A stretch of DNA of 64,000 nt from Cyanophyceae cyanobacterium (GCA_050331735.1 JBHJGN010000044.1:32001-96000), one strand, 5' to 3'; shown: positions 1 to 10,760, numbered from the stretch's first letter. Numbers and translations: made by a program. The notes: generated by a model from the letters alone, not told the origin.

Positions 1-754
1 TCTGACACTTTTCGGGAGAAGTGTCCAATCCAATGACAACTCCGTGGTAGTGATGCCCTTTCGCTTTAAGCTGCGCCAGCACCGGAAATAAAGCGCGGAG
101 GTTTTTATCGTTGACTCCACCAGGCTTACTAATGCGGGAGGCTGTGAGCATCACCCGCGCTCCAGAGTTCAAAATCGGCTGTAGCTCTGCTGGTGGCGGT
201 CCCACCGGAAGACGAGGATTAAATCGTTCTTCTAGGTCTACAGCCGGATAAAGAATTCCGCAAACATGAGGAACGAGAGCGCGAATCCGACTGGCCGTGA
301 ATTCTGAGTTGCAGATCGCTCGCGGAGACAGGCAAGTAAACGTTAGCTTTCTAACCAAATTACCAAGCAGATTGTAAGAACGAGCCTGGTCGTGAAAGCT
401 ATAGTAAATCGGACGACCGCTGAGCCGGAGCTTAATGGCGGCAAAAGCGAGCGTCGATAGTGCCTGGCTATTGACACAATTTTCTAGCAGCAACGGCCAA
501 TCTTTGGGCTGTTGACTGACCCAGGATAGCGACTGCTTGACGAACTGAGTCTGGTTAGAAGCGTTAATTGAATGCAGACTAAGACTGCCGACCTCGTGTT
601 GCAAATATCTTTCGACCAGTGAACCAGCTCGTACCAAAAAGCAGAGCTGCTCGGAGGCCTGACAGCGATGAAATCCTTTGATTAGCATCGAAAAGGAAAC
701 GATCATGCCCCCGAGGCTATCGCAGGTTCCGGGCAAAACTAAGAGCTTACGCAT
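1..754 (-). CDS. Glycosyltransferase, probably GT4 (3' end outside window)
   Basis: Not in the ORF track because it runs off the window. ATG at 754 with GGAG upstream; reads MRKLLVLPGTCDSLGGMIVSFSMLIKG...; overlaps the end of the upstream polymerase gene. Confidence 0.75.
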   Translation of the reverse strand, partial: MRKLLVLPGTCDSLGGMIVSFSMLIKGFHRCQASEQLCFLVRAGSLVERYLQHEVGSLSLHSINASNQTQFVKQSLSWVSQQPKDWPLLLENCVNSQALSTLAFAAIKLRLSGRPIYYSFHDQARSYNLLGNLVRKLTFTCLSPRAICNSEFTASRIRALVPHVCGILYPAVDLEERFNPRLPVGPPPAELQPILNSGARVMLTASRISKPGGVNDKNLRALFPVLAQLKAKGHHYHGVVIGLDTSPEKCQ

Positions 755-2115
755 ACAAGACTCCTTCTCTTCTGGGATCGTTGTGCGGGCTGACGACTGA
801 CTAAGCTCAGCAAAACACAGAGTTGAATAGTACTAGACAGCTCTGCGACGGGAAAAATGAGGCTCCACAGCAGGAGAGAGAGGAAGCAGCTTAAAGGTCT
901 GCCTGAACGAGATTTGTAGAGCCAAGAAAACAACCCTAGCCAATAAGCGAAAAACAGCCCAGTTCCAATCGTTCCTCTTTTATATAACAGGCCGAGGACA
1001 AAGCTATGAGTACCAAGTGACACTCTAGCCTGCTTCATATCAGTCCCGTAACTTCTGACCGAATCTCCTGTAGTTACATGACCAAAAATAGGTTTCTCGG
1101 GGATTTGCTCTAGAGTTTGAGTGTAAATTGCCATTCTTTCCCCAGTGGAATCAGCTCGGTACTCTCCAACTGTATTTGTCGTCTCTAGATAGTTGTCGTG
1201 CAGCTGAGCCGTAATGGGCGGAAAAGAGAGAGCAAGGAAAGAGACTATTGCAAGAAGGCCACAGAGACAAGCTCGCCCCCAAGCTTTAGCAATAGTAATG
1301 AGATACCGCACGAGCAAAACAATCGGCAACATGACCCAGACAGAGCGAGTAGCACTGACAATCACTAAAAGAATGCAGGCACTAAATAAAAGCTGCGACC
1401 AAAGGCGGTTTCTGATATCCAATGCCAGTAGACTCATGAATGCACAGTACTGGGCCATTTCTATCGGCCCAGGAAAGAACAGAGAGAATCGAGGTAAGCT
1501 GCCGAAAACTAGTTGATGATTAATGTAAGGAATTAAATGAGTAAAGCGACTAGCACCTTCTTCATAGGTTCTTGCTCCTCTCAAAATTCCCCAAAGCGTA
1601 TTAGGCGGACTGTAAACAGGTGTCCCGAGAAGCACAAAAACTAGCAGGCAGACTAGCATTTCTACTGCACTAACGGTACAAGCCCAAATCAGAACCACCG
1701 GCCTAACTCTAAAGTTATTACTCTGGATGTACCAAGTTAACGATGGATAGCAGAATCCTATCAGAGATTTCACAAGCGAAAGCGGGTCGAGCGAGTTCGT
1801 CGATGCCAGCTCATTGAATAGTCCGCCTAAGAACACGTATCCCGAGTAAGCAAACAGGGCAGCTGACAAGAAGTCTATTTTTTTGAGCCGGAACTTGCCA
1901 TAGCAGAGCATTTCATAGGCAATAATAGCTGCCATAGCTAGCGGGGTCCAGTATTGATACAGGCCGGAGACCCACCACAGCGGCAGCAGAACAATATTGG
2001 CACAAACGACCTGTTCTGGTCCTGTCAGCGCTTGCCAGTGAATCCAAATTCCAGAAAAAAGCCGCTCACTGTTTGCTTGTTGAGCTGAGGTTTTACGAAG
2101 AGTAAGTTGCGTCAT
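739..2115 (-). CDS. O-antigen ligase/Wzy-like polysaccharide polymerase
   Basis: Many transmembrane segments, SATRS motif, R-x-x-IY...PIFGHV and THSFVLGLLY motifs; EPS context. Confidence 0.8.
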   Translation of the reverse strand: MTQLTLRKTSAQQANSERLFSGIWIHWQALTGPEQVVCANIVLLPLWWVSGLYQYWTPLAMAAIIAYEMLCYGKFRLKKIDFLSAALFAYSGYVFLGGLFNELASTNSLDPLSLVKSLIGFCYPSLTWYIQSNNFRVRPVVLIWACTVSAVEMLVCLLVFVLLGTPVYSPPNTLWGILRGARTYEEGASRFTHLIPYINHQLVFGSLPRFSLFFPGPIEMAQYCAFMSLLALDIRNRLWSQLLFSACILLVIVSATRSVWVMLPIVLLVRYLITIAKAWGRACLCGLLAIVSFLALSFPPITAQLHDNYLETTNTVGEYRADSTGERMAIYTQTLEQIPEKPIFGHVTTGDSVRSYGTDMKQARVSLGTHSFVLGLLYKRGTIGTGLFFAYWLGLFSWLYKSRSGRPLSCFLSLLLWSLIFPVAELSSTIQLCVLLSLVSRQPAQRSQKRRSLVCVSS

Positions 2116-2132
2116 CGGTTGATTCCAAACTT

Positions 2133-4196
2133 TTAGGCTTCTGCTTCGAGGACTTCTTTGTGACCGTAGCGGTAGCCTTCAGTACGGGACTCAACGCCAT
2201 TAACTATTAGTCCTTTAACCTGAGCGCTATGACGCTGGAGCTGATCGAGGCTATCAATTACCGAGTAGCGATCGCTGGTTCCCGGTCGAACTACAAACAG
2301 GACGTTCTGCGCCGCTGCACTCATTAGAGGTGTTTCGCTCACTAGGCTGACTGGAGCGCTGTCTACCAACACATAGTCATAGCGTCCGGTTTGCTGAGCT
2401 GTGCTGAGTCGCTGATTGAATTTCTCGCGGGTAAATTCACAAATTCTGTCAGTCGGCATGATGAGCGCCGGCATCAAGTCTAAACCTGGGTAGACAGACA
2501 CCAAAGAAGTATTATCTTCTGGGTCTATTTTGGTATATCCTAAACGTCGGCTCATTTCTGCCTGCCTGAAATCGCCATCGACCACCAAAACGCGAAATCC
2601 GAGTTTGGCTAGAGCGATCGCAACTCCCAAGGTTACCGTTGTTTTTCCTTCACTAAAGGTGGCGCTTGTCACCATCAGGCGACGGTTTTCAAGCTGAAGA
2701 AAGCTTAAAGCGGAGGCCAGACGCTGAAACTCGGTTTCTGCCTCTGCATCTAGCTCCCAACGAAGATGGGGCTGTTTGAGTCGAGAAACTCGTCCTAGTA
2801 CTGGAAATTCTACCTGCTGCAGGTCTTTAGGACTGAGCAACGGCTTGCGAGATTCTAGGAAGAACAGGATGCTCATGCTGCCAAACGCGGCAGCGAGAAT
2901 CCCGCCAAGAATCACTAGCTTGCGATTTGGTTCAGTCGGTTCAGGATCCAAGGTAGGTCCATCGACAAGCTGAACATTTGGATAACTATCGAAGGTGTTG
3001 ATCTTCGACTGACTAACCTGCGCCGTAATTCCTTTGTAGATTCCTTCGGCAATGTCGTACTTGCGCTGTAGCTCTGTCAGTTGAGCTTTGTTTTTAGACA
3101 CAAAAGCTAGTTCAGACGATAGTTGCTCGACCCGATTTTGAATTTGGCTAGCTTGTTGCTGTAGACCTTGAGCCGTAATCTGAGTTCTGATTAAATCCGT
3201 GATCATGCCAATGCGGCTATCGGCACCGCTCCCGCCTAGGGTGGCGTCTACGCTGGTGACTGCCACTCCTGGAATCGCCTTGGCTACCTGCTGATTGAGC
3301 TGCTCTTGTAGCTCTTGACGCTCTAGCGACAGCGACTGAATCTTAGGATTTTCGTTAGTATACCGGCTACGAGCCTCTGCCAGAGCAATTTCTGTTTGTG
3401 ATAGTTGCTCTCGAACAGCTTGGTACTCGACATTTTCTGCGAGTCGCAGAGAATTCATTGCCTGCTGAGGAGTGATTTGGAGAAAGGCAGCAGCCATTTT
3501 AGCTTCTGTTTCATTGGCTTGAGCATCTGCTAAGATTTGGGCATGCCGAGTTTTAAGTTCATTAATCGACTCAATCAGCTCGCCAGTTTGGACATCAACA
3601 TTGACCAAGCCAGTTGACCGCTGAAACTCGTTTAATTGATTCTGAGCCTGCAGTAGGTTTTGATGAGATTGTTCGAGCTCTCCTTGAGCGAACTGCTCGC
3701 GAACACTAGCATCTTGCTGACGAAGTTCGTTCAAACGCTGCTGATAAGCATCGACCAGATTATTCAGGCGCTCGATAGCAAGTTCCGGACTAGAGCCTTC
3801 AGCGGAGAGGGAAATCATGGTGGTTTGCTCTTGAGGTTCTGCCGAAAATAAGCCGCGATAGCTGGATAATTTTGAATAATCTTCGTTTTCGGGGTCCACT
3901 TCTAAAACGCGTTCTAGGACACTATCGCTCGTAATAATTTCTGACTGGACAACCAGAGGATTAACCGCATTGGAGAAACCAATACTGCTATCTCTAATAC
4001 TTCCTAATGTCCCTAGATCGGCATTGAGATTACCTTCTTTCGCTGGCAGATTAAGCTGTGCCTCAGCTTCCCATACTGGCGGAGAAGATTTTTCTGCATA
4101 GACAGTAGCGGCATAAGCTGTAGCAGCTAAAACAACACAATTCAGTCCTAATAAAGGTTTCCAGTGTCTGCGAACAACAGAAAATGTATGATTCAT
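2133..4196 (-). CDS. GumC/Wzc family polysaccharide co-polymerase with tyrosine-kinase domain
   Basis: N-terminal TM, long coiled coil, second TM, Walker A TSATFSEGKTT, VVDGDFR, VLVDSAP, C-terminal GYRYG. Confidence 0.9.
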   Translation of the reverse strand: MNHTFSVVRRHWKPLLGLNCVVLAATAYAATVYAEKSSPPVWEAEAQLNLPAKEGNLNADLGTLGSIRDSSIGFSNAVNPLVVQSEIITSDSVLERVLEVDPENEDYSKLSSYRGLFSAEPQEQTTMISLSAEGSSPELAIERLNNLVDAYQQRLNELRQQDASVREQFAQGELEQSHQNLLQAQNQLNEFQRSTGLVNVDVQTGELIESINELKTRHAQILADAQANETEAKMAAAFLQITPQQAMNSLRLAENVEYQAVREQLSQTEIALAEARSRYTNENPKIQSLSLERQELQEQLNQQVAKAIPGVAVTSVDATLGGSGADSRIGMITDLIRTQITAQGLQQQASQIQNRVEQLSSELAFVSKNKAQLTELQRKYDIAEGIYKGITAQVSQSKINTFDSYPNVQLVDGPTLDPEPTEPNRKLVILGGILAAAFGSMSILFFLESRKPLLSPKDLQQVEFPVLGRVSRLKQPHLRWELDAEAETEFQRLASALSFLQLENRRLMVTSATFSEGKTTVTLGVAIALAKLGFRVLVVDGDFRQAEMSRRLGYTKIDPEDNTSLVSVYPGLDLMPALIMPTDRICEFTREKFNQRLSTAQQTGRYDYVLVDSAPVSLVSETPLMSAAAQNVLFVVRPGTSDRYSVIDSLDQLQRHSAQVKGLIVNGVESRTEGYRYGHKEVLEAEA

Positions 4197-4357
4197 AATA
4201 TTTAGCTATATCTTACTGACGATTAAGGTTTTAACGCTGTTGACCGATCATGCATCCTTGCAAACGGGTGCTGACCAAAATTGTCGGTGGCTTAGAGAGC
4301 TAATATTTCTAGCAAGAGAAAATCATCAACTCGGCAGCGGCTCATTTGTTCGACTAC

Positions 4358-5401
4358 TTACCTCTGAGGTAGAGTAGAAGGAAGTTTACTAATTTTTGTG
4401 AGCTTTAAGCGCAAGTAACCGCGAAGCCCTAAACGCAGAACCGCTTTTCCTTGAGCCGGAAACAGAGCGCAAATACCACGCCGTAGGAACCTTTCCAGCG
4501 TATTTTGCGGGCTATAGCCAATAGCAATACTTTCTTGTAGGGAAAGCCAAAGAATCCGCCACGCTTCAATCCAGGATGACTGTCCTTGCTGAAGAACGGA
4601 AAGACTACGATAATCAACATCCCGACGCAAATCAAATTGCTGATTCAGCCCAGCTTTCAAAGCCGCTTGGTTAATGTAGGCAGCGGTTACTTCACGCTGA
4701 TGAAGGAGATACTTAAGATCGTCGTTGCGAGCCTGCAAATTATTGCCGTGCATGCGGTAGAACATCAACGGTTCATCAATGCAGCCAACCTCCCCGTAGA
4801 AAGGAACAGTAGCAGCCAGATAAGTATCTGCGGCTTCTGAGCGCTGAGTTGGAATTGGCAATACTTTTTGAAGGGTTTGCCGGCGGTAGGCGAGTCCAGA
4901 AGTAATCGACCAGGCATACTTGCCCCACTGCAATAGCAGAGGACGAACGTCTCCTCGACTGTGGGCGAGATATCCCTGACCAATCGGCTTTCCTTCTCGA
5001 TTGACCGAGATTCTACCGTGGGAAATTTGTACCCATTGAGGATGTTCTTGAAAAGCCGCCACGACTTTAGCTAGTTTGTCTTTTCGAAAATAATCATCAG
5101 CATCCAAAAAACAAACAATTTCCCCGGATGAACGAGCAATGCCTAAATTAAATGCCGCTCCCTGGCCAGCGTTTGCTTGAAAAATAGCCGTCATCTTTCC
5201 GCGATAGGATTCAAGGATCTCTCGAGAGCGGTCGGTTGAACCATCATCGACGACTAACAGCTCAAAATTTTGATAAGTTTGTTGTAATACACTTTCAATC
5301 GCTTGTGATAAAAAACAACCATAGTTGTAATTAGCAATAACAACGCTGACGAAGGGATGCTCTTTGCTAGGAGAAGTGGTTTTCGATTGAAGCATTGTCA
5401 T
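4358..5401 (-). CDS. Glycosyltransferase family 2
   Basis: VSVVIANYNY, VVDDGSTD and FLDADD motifs. Confidence 0.92.
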   Translation of the reverse strand: MTMLQSKTTSPSKEHPFVSVVIANYNYGCFLSQAIESVLQQTYQNFELLVVDDGSTDRSREILESYRGKMTAIFQANAGQGAAFNLGIARSSGEIVCFLDADDYFRKDKLAKVVAAFQEHPQWVQISHGRISVNREGKPIGQGYLAHSRGDVRPLLLQWGKYAWSITSGLAYRRQTLQKVLPIPTQRSEAADTYLAATVPFYGEVGCIDEPLMFYRMHGNNLQARNDDLKYLLHQREVTAAYINQAALKAGLNQQFDLRRDVDYRSLSVLQQGQSSWIEAWRILWLSLQESIAIGYSPQNTLERFLRRGICALFPAQGKAVLRLGLRGYLRLKLTKISKLPSTLPQR

Positions 5402-5914
5402 GACTGTCCCTCTAGAGCTTCTGACAAAAGTAATAACTGAGTCAAACTGTTTCTAATTGATGTAGTTTAGCGAGAAGATAGGAGCTCGCGGCTAGTCACA
5501 GTTATACAATCCTTGATGTTCGGACAACGAAAAAAACGAAGCTTTGTAAAAAGCTTCGCTTAGCCTACTATTGCACTTGCCCTATTTTTAACTAGCAAGG
5601 ATAACTAGAAAGCAATCGAGATGATAGAAACAGAAGAGTGAAATACATCCTTAATCTAAAACTGCTCAAGTGCACTCTTGGTGTCTTCTTAAACAAGCTT
5701 TCAGCAAATAGGCTGCTGCAACTCGGGGAATTTAGCCAGCTAGATTAAAGTTTTCTTGTTGTCTTTTCTGAAGTATAACATAACTTCTGAAATTTTTTGC
5801 AGGTTCTACAAAGAAAATTTCTATTTGCCTTAAACCAAACACTTTCTAGCGCAGCAGGAAGAAGCAGAAAAACGAATTTACCGGAATCCAGAGCAATTAC
5901 TGGACAATAGGTTA

Positions 5915-6613
5915 CTAAAAGGCGTTATGCTTACTAAGAAGTGTGAAGATTGTCTCTACAATTAAACTGATGTCGTAGAGCAAAGACCATTTTTCTTGAT
6001 AAGCTAAATCGAGCTGGATTACTTCATCAAAATCTTGAATGCGCGAGCGACCTTTAACTTGCCATTCGCCCGTCAAACCGGGTTTAACGTAGAGTCTTTG
6101 CCAGTGAGAAGGACAATATTGCTGAACTTCGTCAGGCGTTGGCGGTCGAGTTCCAACTAAGCTCATATCACCACACAGAACATTCCAAAACTGAGGAAAC
6201 TCGTCGAGACTAGTACGACGCAACCAGCGTCCTACTTTGGTTGTGCGTGGATCTTGTTTATTTTTGAACAGTGGACCACGGATTTGATTTTCAACTAGAT
6301 GCTTCATCTGTTCGGCATTAACAACCATTGAGCGGAATTTCCAAATTTTGAACGGTTTACCGTATAGACCAACGCGAGTTTGTCTAAAAAAGATTGGCCC
6401 CGGATTATCAATAAATATTAAAAACGAAACAGGAATTAACAGGATTAGCAAAGCCGTTAACCCCACCAAGGCACCACAAATATCAATAATTCTTTTCGCT
6501 CTACTACGGACAGAAGGATGGGTGGAAGTCAGGCTATTAAAAGCACTAGCCGTTCCGGTGGTGTACCGAATCATAATTTTATGAGGAGCAGGCATACTGT
6601 TTTCAGCAACCAA
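5915..6613 (-). CDS. Bacterial sugar transferase (priming glycosyltransferase, WcaJ/CpsE C-terminal type); ATG at 6595 is an alternative start
   Basis: KRIIDI, KFRSM, DPRTTKVGRWLRRTSLDEFPQFWNVLCGDMSLVGTRP, KPGLTGEWQV. Confidence 0.93.
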   Translation of the reverse strand: MVAENSMPAPHKIMIRYTTGTASAFNSLTSTHPSVRSRAKRIIDICGALVGLTALLILLIPVSFLIFIDNPGPIFFRQTRVGLYGKPFKIWKFRSMVVNAEQMKHLVENQIRGPLFKNKQDPRTTKVGRWLRRTSLDEFPQFWNVLCGDMSLVGTRPPTPDEVQQYCPSHWQRLYVKPGLTGEWQVKGRSRIQDFDEVIQLDLAYQEKWSLLYDISLIVETIFTLLSKHNAF

Positions 6614-6724
6614 AAAAAGTAATGATTAAAAACCGAGTCGTTAGTTTATATTCAAGAATGAAAAATTGCGACCAATCAGTGTTGAGCGGTCGAGCTAGCT
6701 TAAGCATTAGTAAACTGACAGTTT

Positions 6725-7627
6725 CTAAATCGATTGATAAATAACGTAGGTATTATGAAACCATTCAAAGAAAAGATTAAAATCGTAGTCGATTTGCATT
6801 AAATCTAGCCCAACGTCGTGGTCATAACAGCAGGCAATTACTTCGTCTAAAAAGATTTTGGTGGCATGCAGACAGGCGTGGGAGGTATCTCGAATTAGCT
6901 TTAAGTGATTCGCGTAGGAAAAGTGAGTAGTCGAAGACTCTAAATAAAATAGATGTAAATCGAGCAAGCTTGCTGGCTGCACTGCTAGCGTAATTTTTCT
7001 TGAAGAATCTAGTAGAGCTTTAATCCCAACGGTTTCTGCACGTTCAGTTAGAGCTGAACCATCAAAAATCTCCATACTGATACAGCCATCAGCATAGCCT
7101 TCTGTCATTTTACAAGTATCAGTAAACTCCCTAAGCTGCTGCTGCGCTCGCTCAATAAACCGTTGCAACTTTGCTTTGAGAGACTGTAATTTAGCATCTT
7201 TAGGTGACTGTAAGAGCTTTTCCTCAAGTAAAGCATAGAGACAATAAGCCTGCTTGAGTGAGGTCGCTATATAGGGACACAGTGAAGACTCGTCGATTTC
7301 TTCTGCCAAGAACGCCAACATTACAACGGCTTCGCAGAGCTGCTCACTCAAAAACTGAATGGTTTTTAGGTCTTTACTGTGAAGCTCTAGCAACAGGAAT
7401 GAACGATAGCTACGGCTGAGCTTAAGAAACAGTCCTAATGTTATTCGATTGTAAACAGCAGTTAAGAAGGCTTCACCGTTGATGAGCTTGTCTTCAATCT
7501 CTTGAAGATACTCGGCTAGGATTTCGCTGCCGCGGAAGAATTTTTGCTCCAGAGAATCTTTGGTTTCTCCACCAGCATCGACTAAAGGTAATTTTAGGCT
7601 CATAGTCAAATGGCTTTTTGTATTCAT
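6725..7627 (-). CDS. Hypothetical helical protein (DUF5677-like?)
   Basis: Long ORF co-oriented with the EPS cluster; start placed at ATG 7627 (7603 also possible); family assignment tentative. Confidence 0.6.
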   Translation of the reverse strand: MNTKSHLTMSLKLPLVDAGGETKDSLEQKFFRGSEILAEYLQEIEDKLINGEAFLTAVYNRITLGLFLKLSRSYRSFLLLELHSKDLKTIQFLSEQLCEAVVMLAFLAEEIDESSLCPYIATSLKQAYCLYALLEEKLLQSPKDAKLQSLKAKLQRFIERAQQQLREFTDTCKMTEGYADGCISMEIFDGSALTERAETVGIKALLDSSRKITLAVQPASLLDLHLFYLESSTTHFSYANHLKLIRDTSHACLHATKIFLDEVIACCYDHDVGLDLMQIDYDFNLFFEWFHNTYVIYQSI

Positions 7628-7649
7628 TAGCCAATATCTTATTGCTACG

Positions 7650-7946
7650 CTAGCAAAAATCAGAACTTGATTTACTAGGATGTTTATTGGGCATTGGACA
7701 AAACAGCAAAGCGGCAACAGATATGCAAAAACCCCAACCAGCTGAAAGCGCTGTAGTGCAGCCAGAGCAAACATCCATCATCGTTAGAATCAGGTAGCTA
7801 CAGGCGGCAAGAACAGCGCTATCTTGTTTTGTCTCAGCGAATGAAACTCTATTCTGAGACCTTTGCTCGGTTGTCCATTTTTTTCTGGAGCTTTTTTGTT
7901 GCTCCACACAAAATCGAGATGAGAAATGCAGTTTCGCATCAGGCAA
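7650..7946 (-). CDS. Possible small membrane protein
   Basis: 98-aa ORF filling the gap between co-oriented genes, with two hydrophobic stretches; weak TTG start. Confidence 0.3.
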   Translation of the reverse strand: MPDAKLHFSSRFCVEQQKSSRKKWTTEQRSQNRVSFAETKQDSAVLAACSYLILTMMDVCSGCTTALSAGWGFCISVAALLFCPMPNKHPSKSSSDFC

Positions 7947-8012
7947 TGCCGTCAGCGTTGATACCTGGTAGGGCTGCCGGTGCCAAGACAGGATAGAAAA
8001 TTATTGAACTGG

Positions 8013-8405
8013 TTAGGAAAGCCTAGCGCCACGACTCATACGATAGCTATACTCGCTAACCGAGGGATTTGGTCGGTCTGGGCTTACGTTGTTTGCCTGT
8101 TTCCAATGCCTGCTGTTGGCCAGAGTCGAATTTAAAGTGCCATCCTCTTGACGAGAAAGCAATAGCCATATCTTGCCGTGTTCACCACAGAAAAACTCTT
8201 CGATCCATTTACTCCGGTCTGTATACGTACCCTGACTCGCTATTAATTTAGCCTTTTTACTAGTGACTTGGCACATTTCCTGGATGGCAGCACTGTCTGT
8301 ATAGCACAAATGATGCCTTGGTCCATTGACTCTCCAGAGTCTTTCTTGGCAGTAGGGGCAAAAAAACTTTTGTGTTTTTTTTCTGCGGCTTCTTTTGTTT
8401 GGCAC
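8013..8405 (-). CDS. Conserved cyanobacterial hypothetical protein with putative Zn-binding motifs
   Basis: GTG start with AGGAG RBS; CPYC, EEFFCGEH and NPSVSEYS motifs; basic N-terminus. Confidence 0.75.
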   Translation of the reverse strand: MPNKRSRRKKTQKFFCPYCQERLWRVNGPRHHLCYTDSAAIQEMCQVTSKKAKLIASQGTYTDRSKWIEEFFCGEHGKIWLLLSRQEDGTLNSTLANSRHWKQANNVSPDRPNPSVSEYSYRMSRGARLS

Positions 8406-9361
8406 AGCGTCTTGCTCCTTTAGGAAATAAAAATTCAGTTAACAAACCTTGTCTATTCGTAATACGACTGTCAGGATGCTTTCTGCATTCTTTGGTCGTA
8501 CAAACTTGACCAGAACACTGGAACAGGGAACTTTATAAAAAATTAAGTATTGCTCTCCATCGAGCGCCCCCAGAATAGGCAAAAAAATAAGATTTTTTGA
8601 GCATCTTCTATTGATGCATTTAAAACAAAAGCTTTAAAGAGTATTCGATTCTGACGTTGCTAAATCTGATACAACTGAGGACTTATTTGCTCAATACAAA
8701 ACATATCATAGGTAAACTTAAAACAAACACCAAATTTGAGTAAGTTTTGTAAAAATTTTGGTAAAAATTGTTATTGAGCCTGAAATCTCCTACAGGAAGG
8801 GAGATTAAGAGTAGAGCGAATAAGAGAATTAGCATCAAAAACTGAGGCCTCTTTACAAGAACTTTAAAAAAGTGGCGTTTTTTTAAGGGTAAGTAAACCA
8901 AATAAAAACTACCAGACTTAACTAATGTAATTCAAAATATGAAACATAGAAACAATGCCTACTTATAATGAAAGCAAAACAGAAAATGCATCTAAATGAT
9001 GCATTTTAAAAAATGGCAACGTCTTTGCTTATTGCGTTCAATACACTGCTCCTTTTGAAGATTATTGCTCAAGAGTTACTCTCCTGAGCAATAGCTTTGT
9101 CGGTTCAAAGACTCAGCGCTAGTTCTCTGTTACTCTAAGTACGCAGAAATAGAAATAGCACCAAGCTCTCGCGCATAAAGCTATTTTGCTTTATCGCACC
9201 AAAGAAGAGAGTAAAGTAACCGCAGAGCTAAATTGCTGGAGTAGCAATGGCTTGCTCCTAGCAAGCAGCCCGAAATTACTTTAGTAATAATTGCTTATTA
9301 CTTGATTGCAACACTCGAATGGACTGGTTTTAAACATCAAGGTGGCGCAGTATTACGAACT

Positions 9362-9392
9362 AGAAAACCGACTAGTACGAATACTAGTCGGT
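9362..9392 (-). terminator. Intrinsic terminator-like hairpin
   Basis: Perfect 11-bp stem ACCGACTAGTA-TTCG-TACTAGTCGGT followed by T residues on the minus strand. Confidence 0.65.
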
Positions 9393-9726
9393 AGCGAGAC
9401 AATCTCAACGCCTTTGCAGATAATTACGTAATGTGTTCAGAGCAACTTCGCTGAGGTATATTAGCCTGACTATCTAGCAGACCACTGACAAATACATTGC
9501 CTTCATTCCAGAAACTAGCAAATGCACTCATGGATGTCTTTTTGCCTAGTTTTCCAGTGGAAGTCCACTGCTGACCTTCTTCAGGCGCTGCTTTCCCTAC
9601 AACATTGAGCTTCCTTGCCTATTGCTAAAGCCTTAAACTCTCCTCAAAATTGGAGTTTTATATCTCAGCTTTTTTAGCAGATACCAAAGGAAGTATGTGT
9701 AAAGCTTTTATTGTTGCTACTTATAA

Positions 9727-9757
9727 AAGATATAGCGGAATGTTTTCTTTCTGTCAA
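9727..9757 (-). promoter_or_regulatory. Sigma70-type promoter
   Basis: TTGACA (9757-9752), 17 nt, TATATC; alternatively TATCTT at 19 nt spacing. Confidence 0.5.
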
Positions 9758-9968
9758 GACTTCTCCTCGAAAAAATTTCTTCATCGGATCAGACATTAAC
9801 AATTATTAGCTTAGATACTGGCCCCAGTAAACTGGCAGGTTTTGCAATCGCTAGAGCTTGTTCAAAGCACCAAGCTAACTACAGTATTAGCCAACACTGA
9901 TTCCGTCAAAGCCAAAATCAAGCTGTCTATCGTTTGATCACCTGTGGGTACTATCGCTGAGCAAATTG

Positions 9969-10559
9969 CTATTGTCGATGAGCTTCCTTCCGGTTTGGCA
10001 CGATAAAATGTTCCTCGACGAGGGCAGGAACTTGTGCCGGCTGAACTTTGCTGTAAACAGCCTTATTCGGCATCATAACGACGTTTGGTCCTTTTTTACA
10101 TCGCTTCAGGCAACCTGTTAACTTAATTCTGACCTCATCGGTTAAATGGCGATCGCTCAAACTTTCTGCTAGTGCCTGACAAACTTCTTTCCCGCCTCGT
10201 TTCCAACAGCTTGATTTTTGGCAGACCAATACACTGGCTTTCGGCTTAGGCTTAACGAGTGGCGGTTGGGGAACAGAAGCAGAGGAAGCTTGCGGACTAC
10301 TAGCCAGCTCAGACACTTGAAACGTATCGGCTTTGAGCTTGACTTTCCCTTTCCTCTCTTGCTGGCTTTTGCCGCTTACTTGTAAACAACATCCTGGATA
10401 AACTGCCAGGTATAAATTCTGCCGAATTTCCTTGGAGAGTTTAATGCGATATTCTTTGTCAGCAGTGGCTAGTTTCAGGTACTTAATTTTGTCATCTTTT
10501 GTGACAAAACCTCGAAATTGACCAATAAGGTTGAAGTCTGATTTTTGCTTTTTAGCCAT
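9969..10559 (-). CDS. Thioredoxin-like [2Fe-2S] ferredoxin domain protein with N-terminal OB-like domain
   Basis: VCQKSSC...TGCLKRCKKGPNVV cysteine pattern; start refined to ATG 10559. Confidence 0.88.
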   Translation of the reverse strand: MAKKQKSDFNLIGQFRGFVTKDDKIKYLKLATADKEYRIKLSKEIRQNLYLAVYPGCCLQVSGKSQQERKGKVKLKADTFQVSELASSPQASSASVPQPPLVKPKPKASVLVCQKSSCWKRGGKEVCQALAESLSDRHLTDEVRIKLTGCLKRCKKGPNVVMMPNKAVYSKVQPAQVPALVEEHFIVPNRKEAHRQ

Positions 10560-10760
10560 AAATTCTCTCCAAGTTGTGAAACCCAACTAGCAACAGGCGT
10601 TGATTTGGTTGAGGCAAGCTCCTTAAATACAGAGTATACAAATAGCTGCAAGGTATTTTCAATAATTGCTCACTAGTTCTAGCAAAATCGAAGTTACTGA
10701 GCGTAGCTACACAACCCGCCAAGACTGCTTACTGGTAAAGTGACCAAAGCGACCCAAAAA

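Noticed and set aside
8683..8901. 72-aa hydrophobic ORF
   Set aside because: TTG start, no RBS, and the composition is explained by AT-rich DNA
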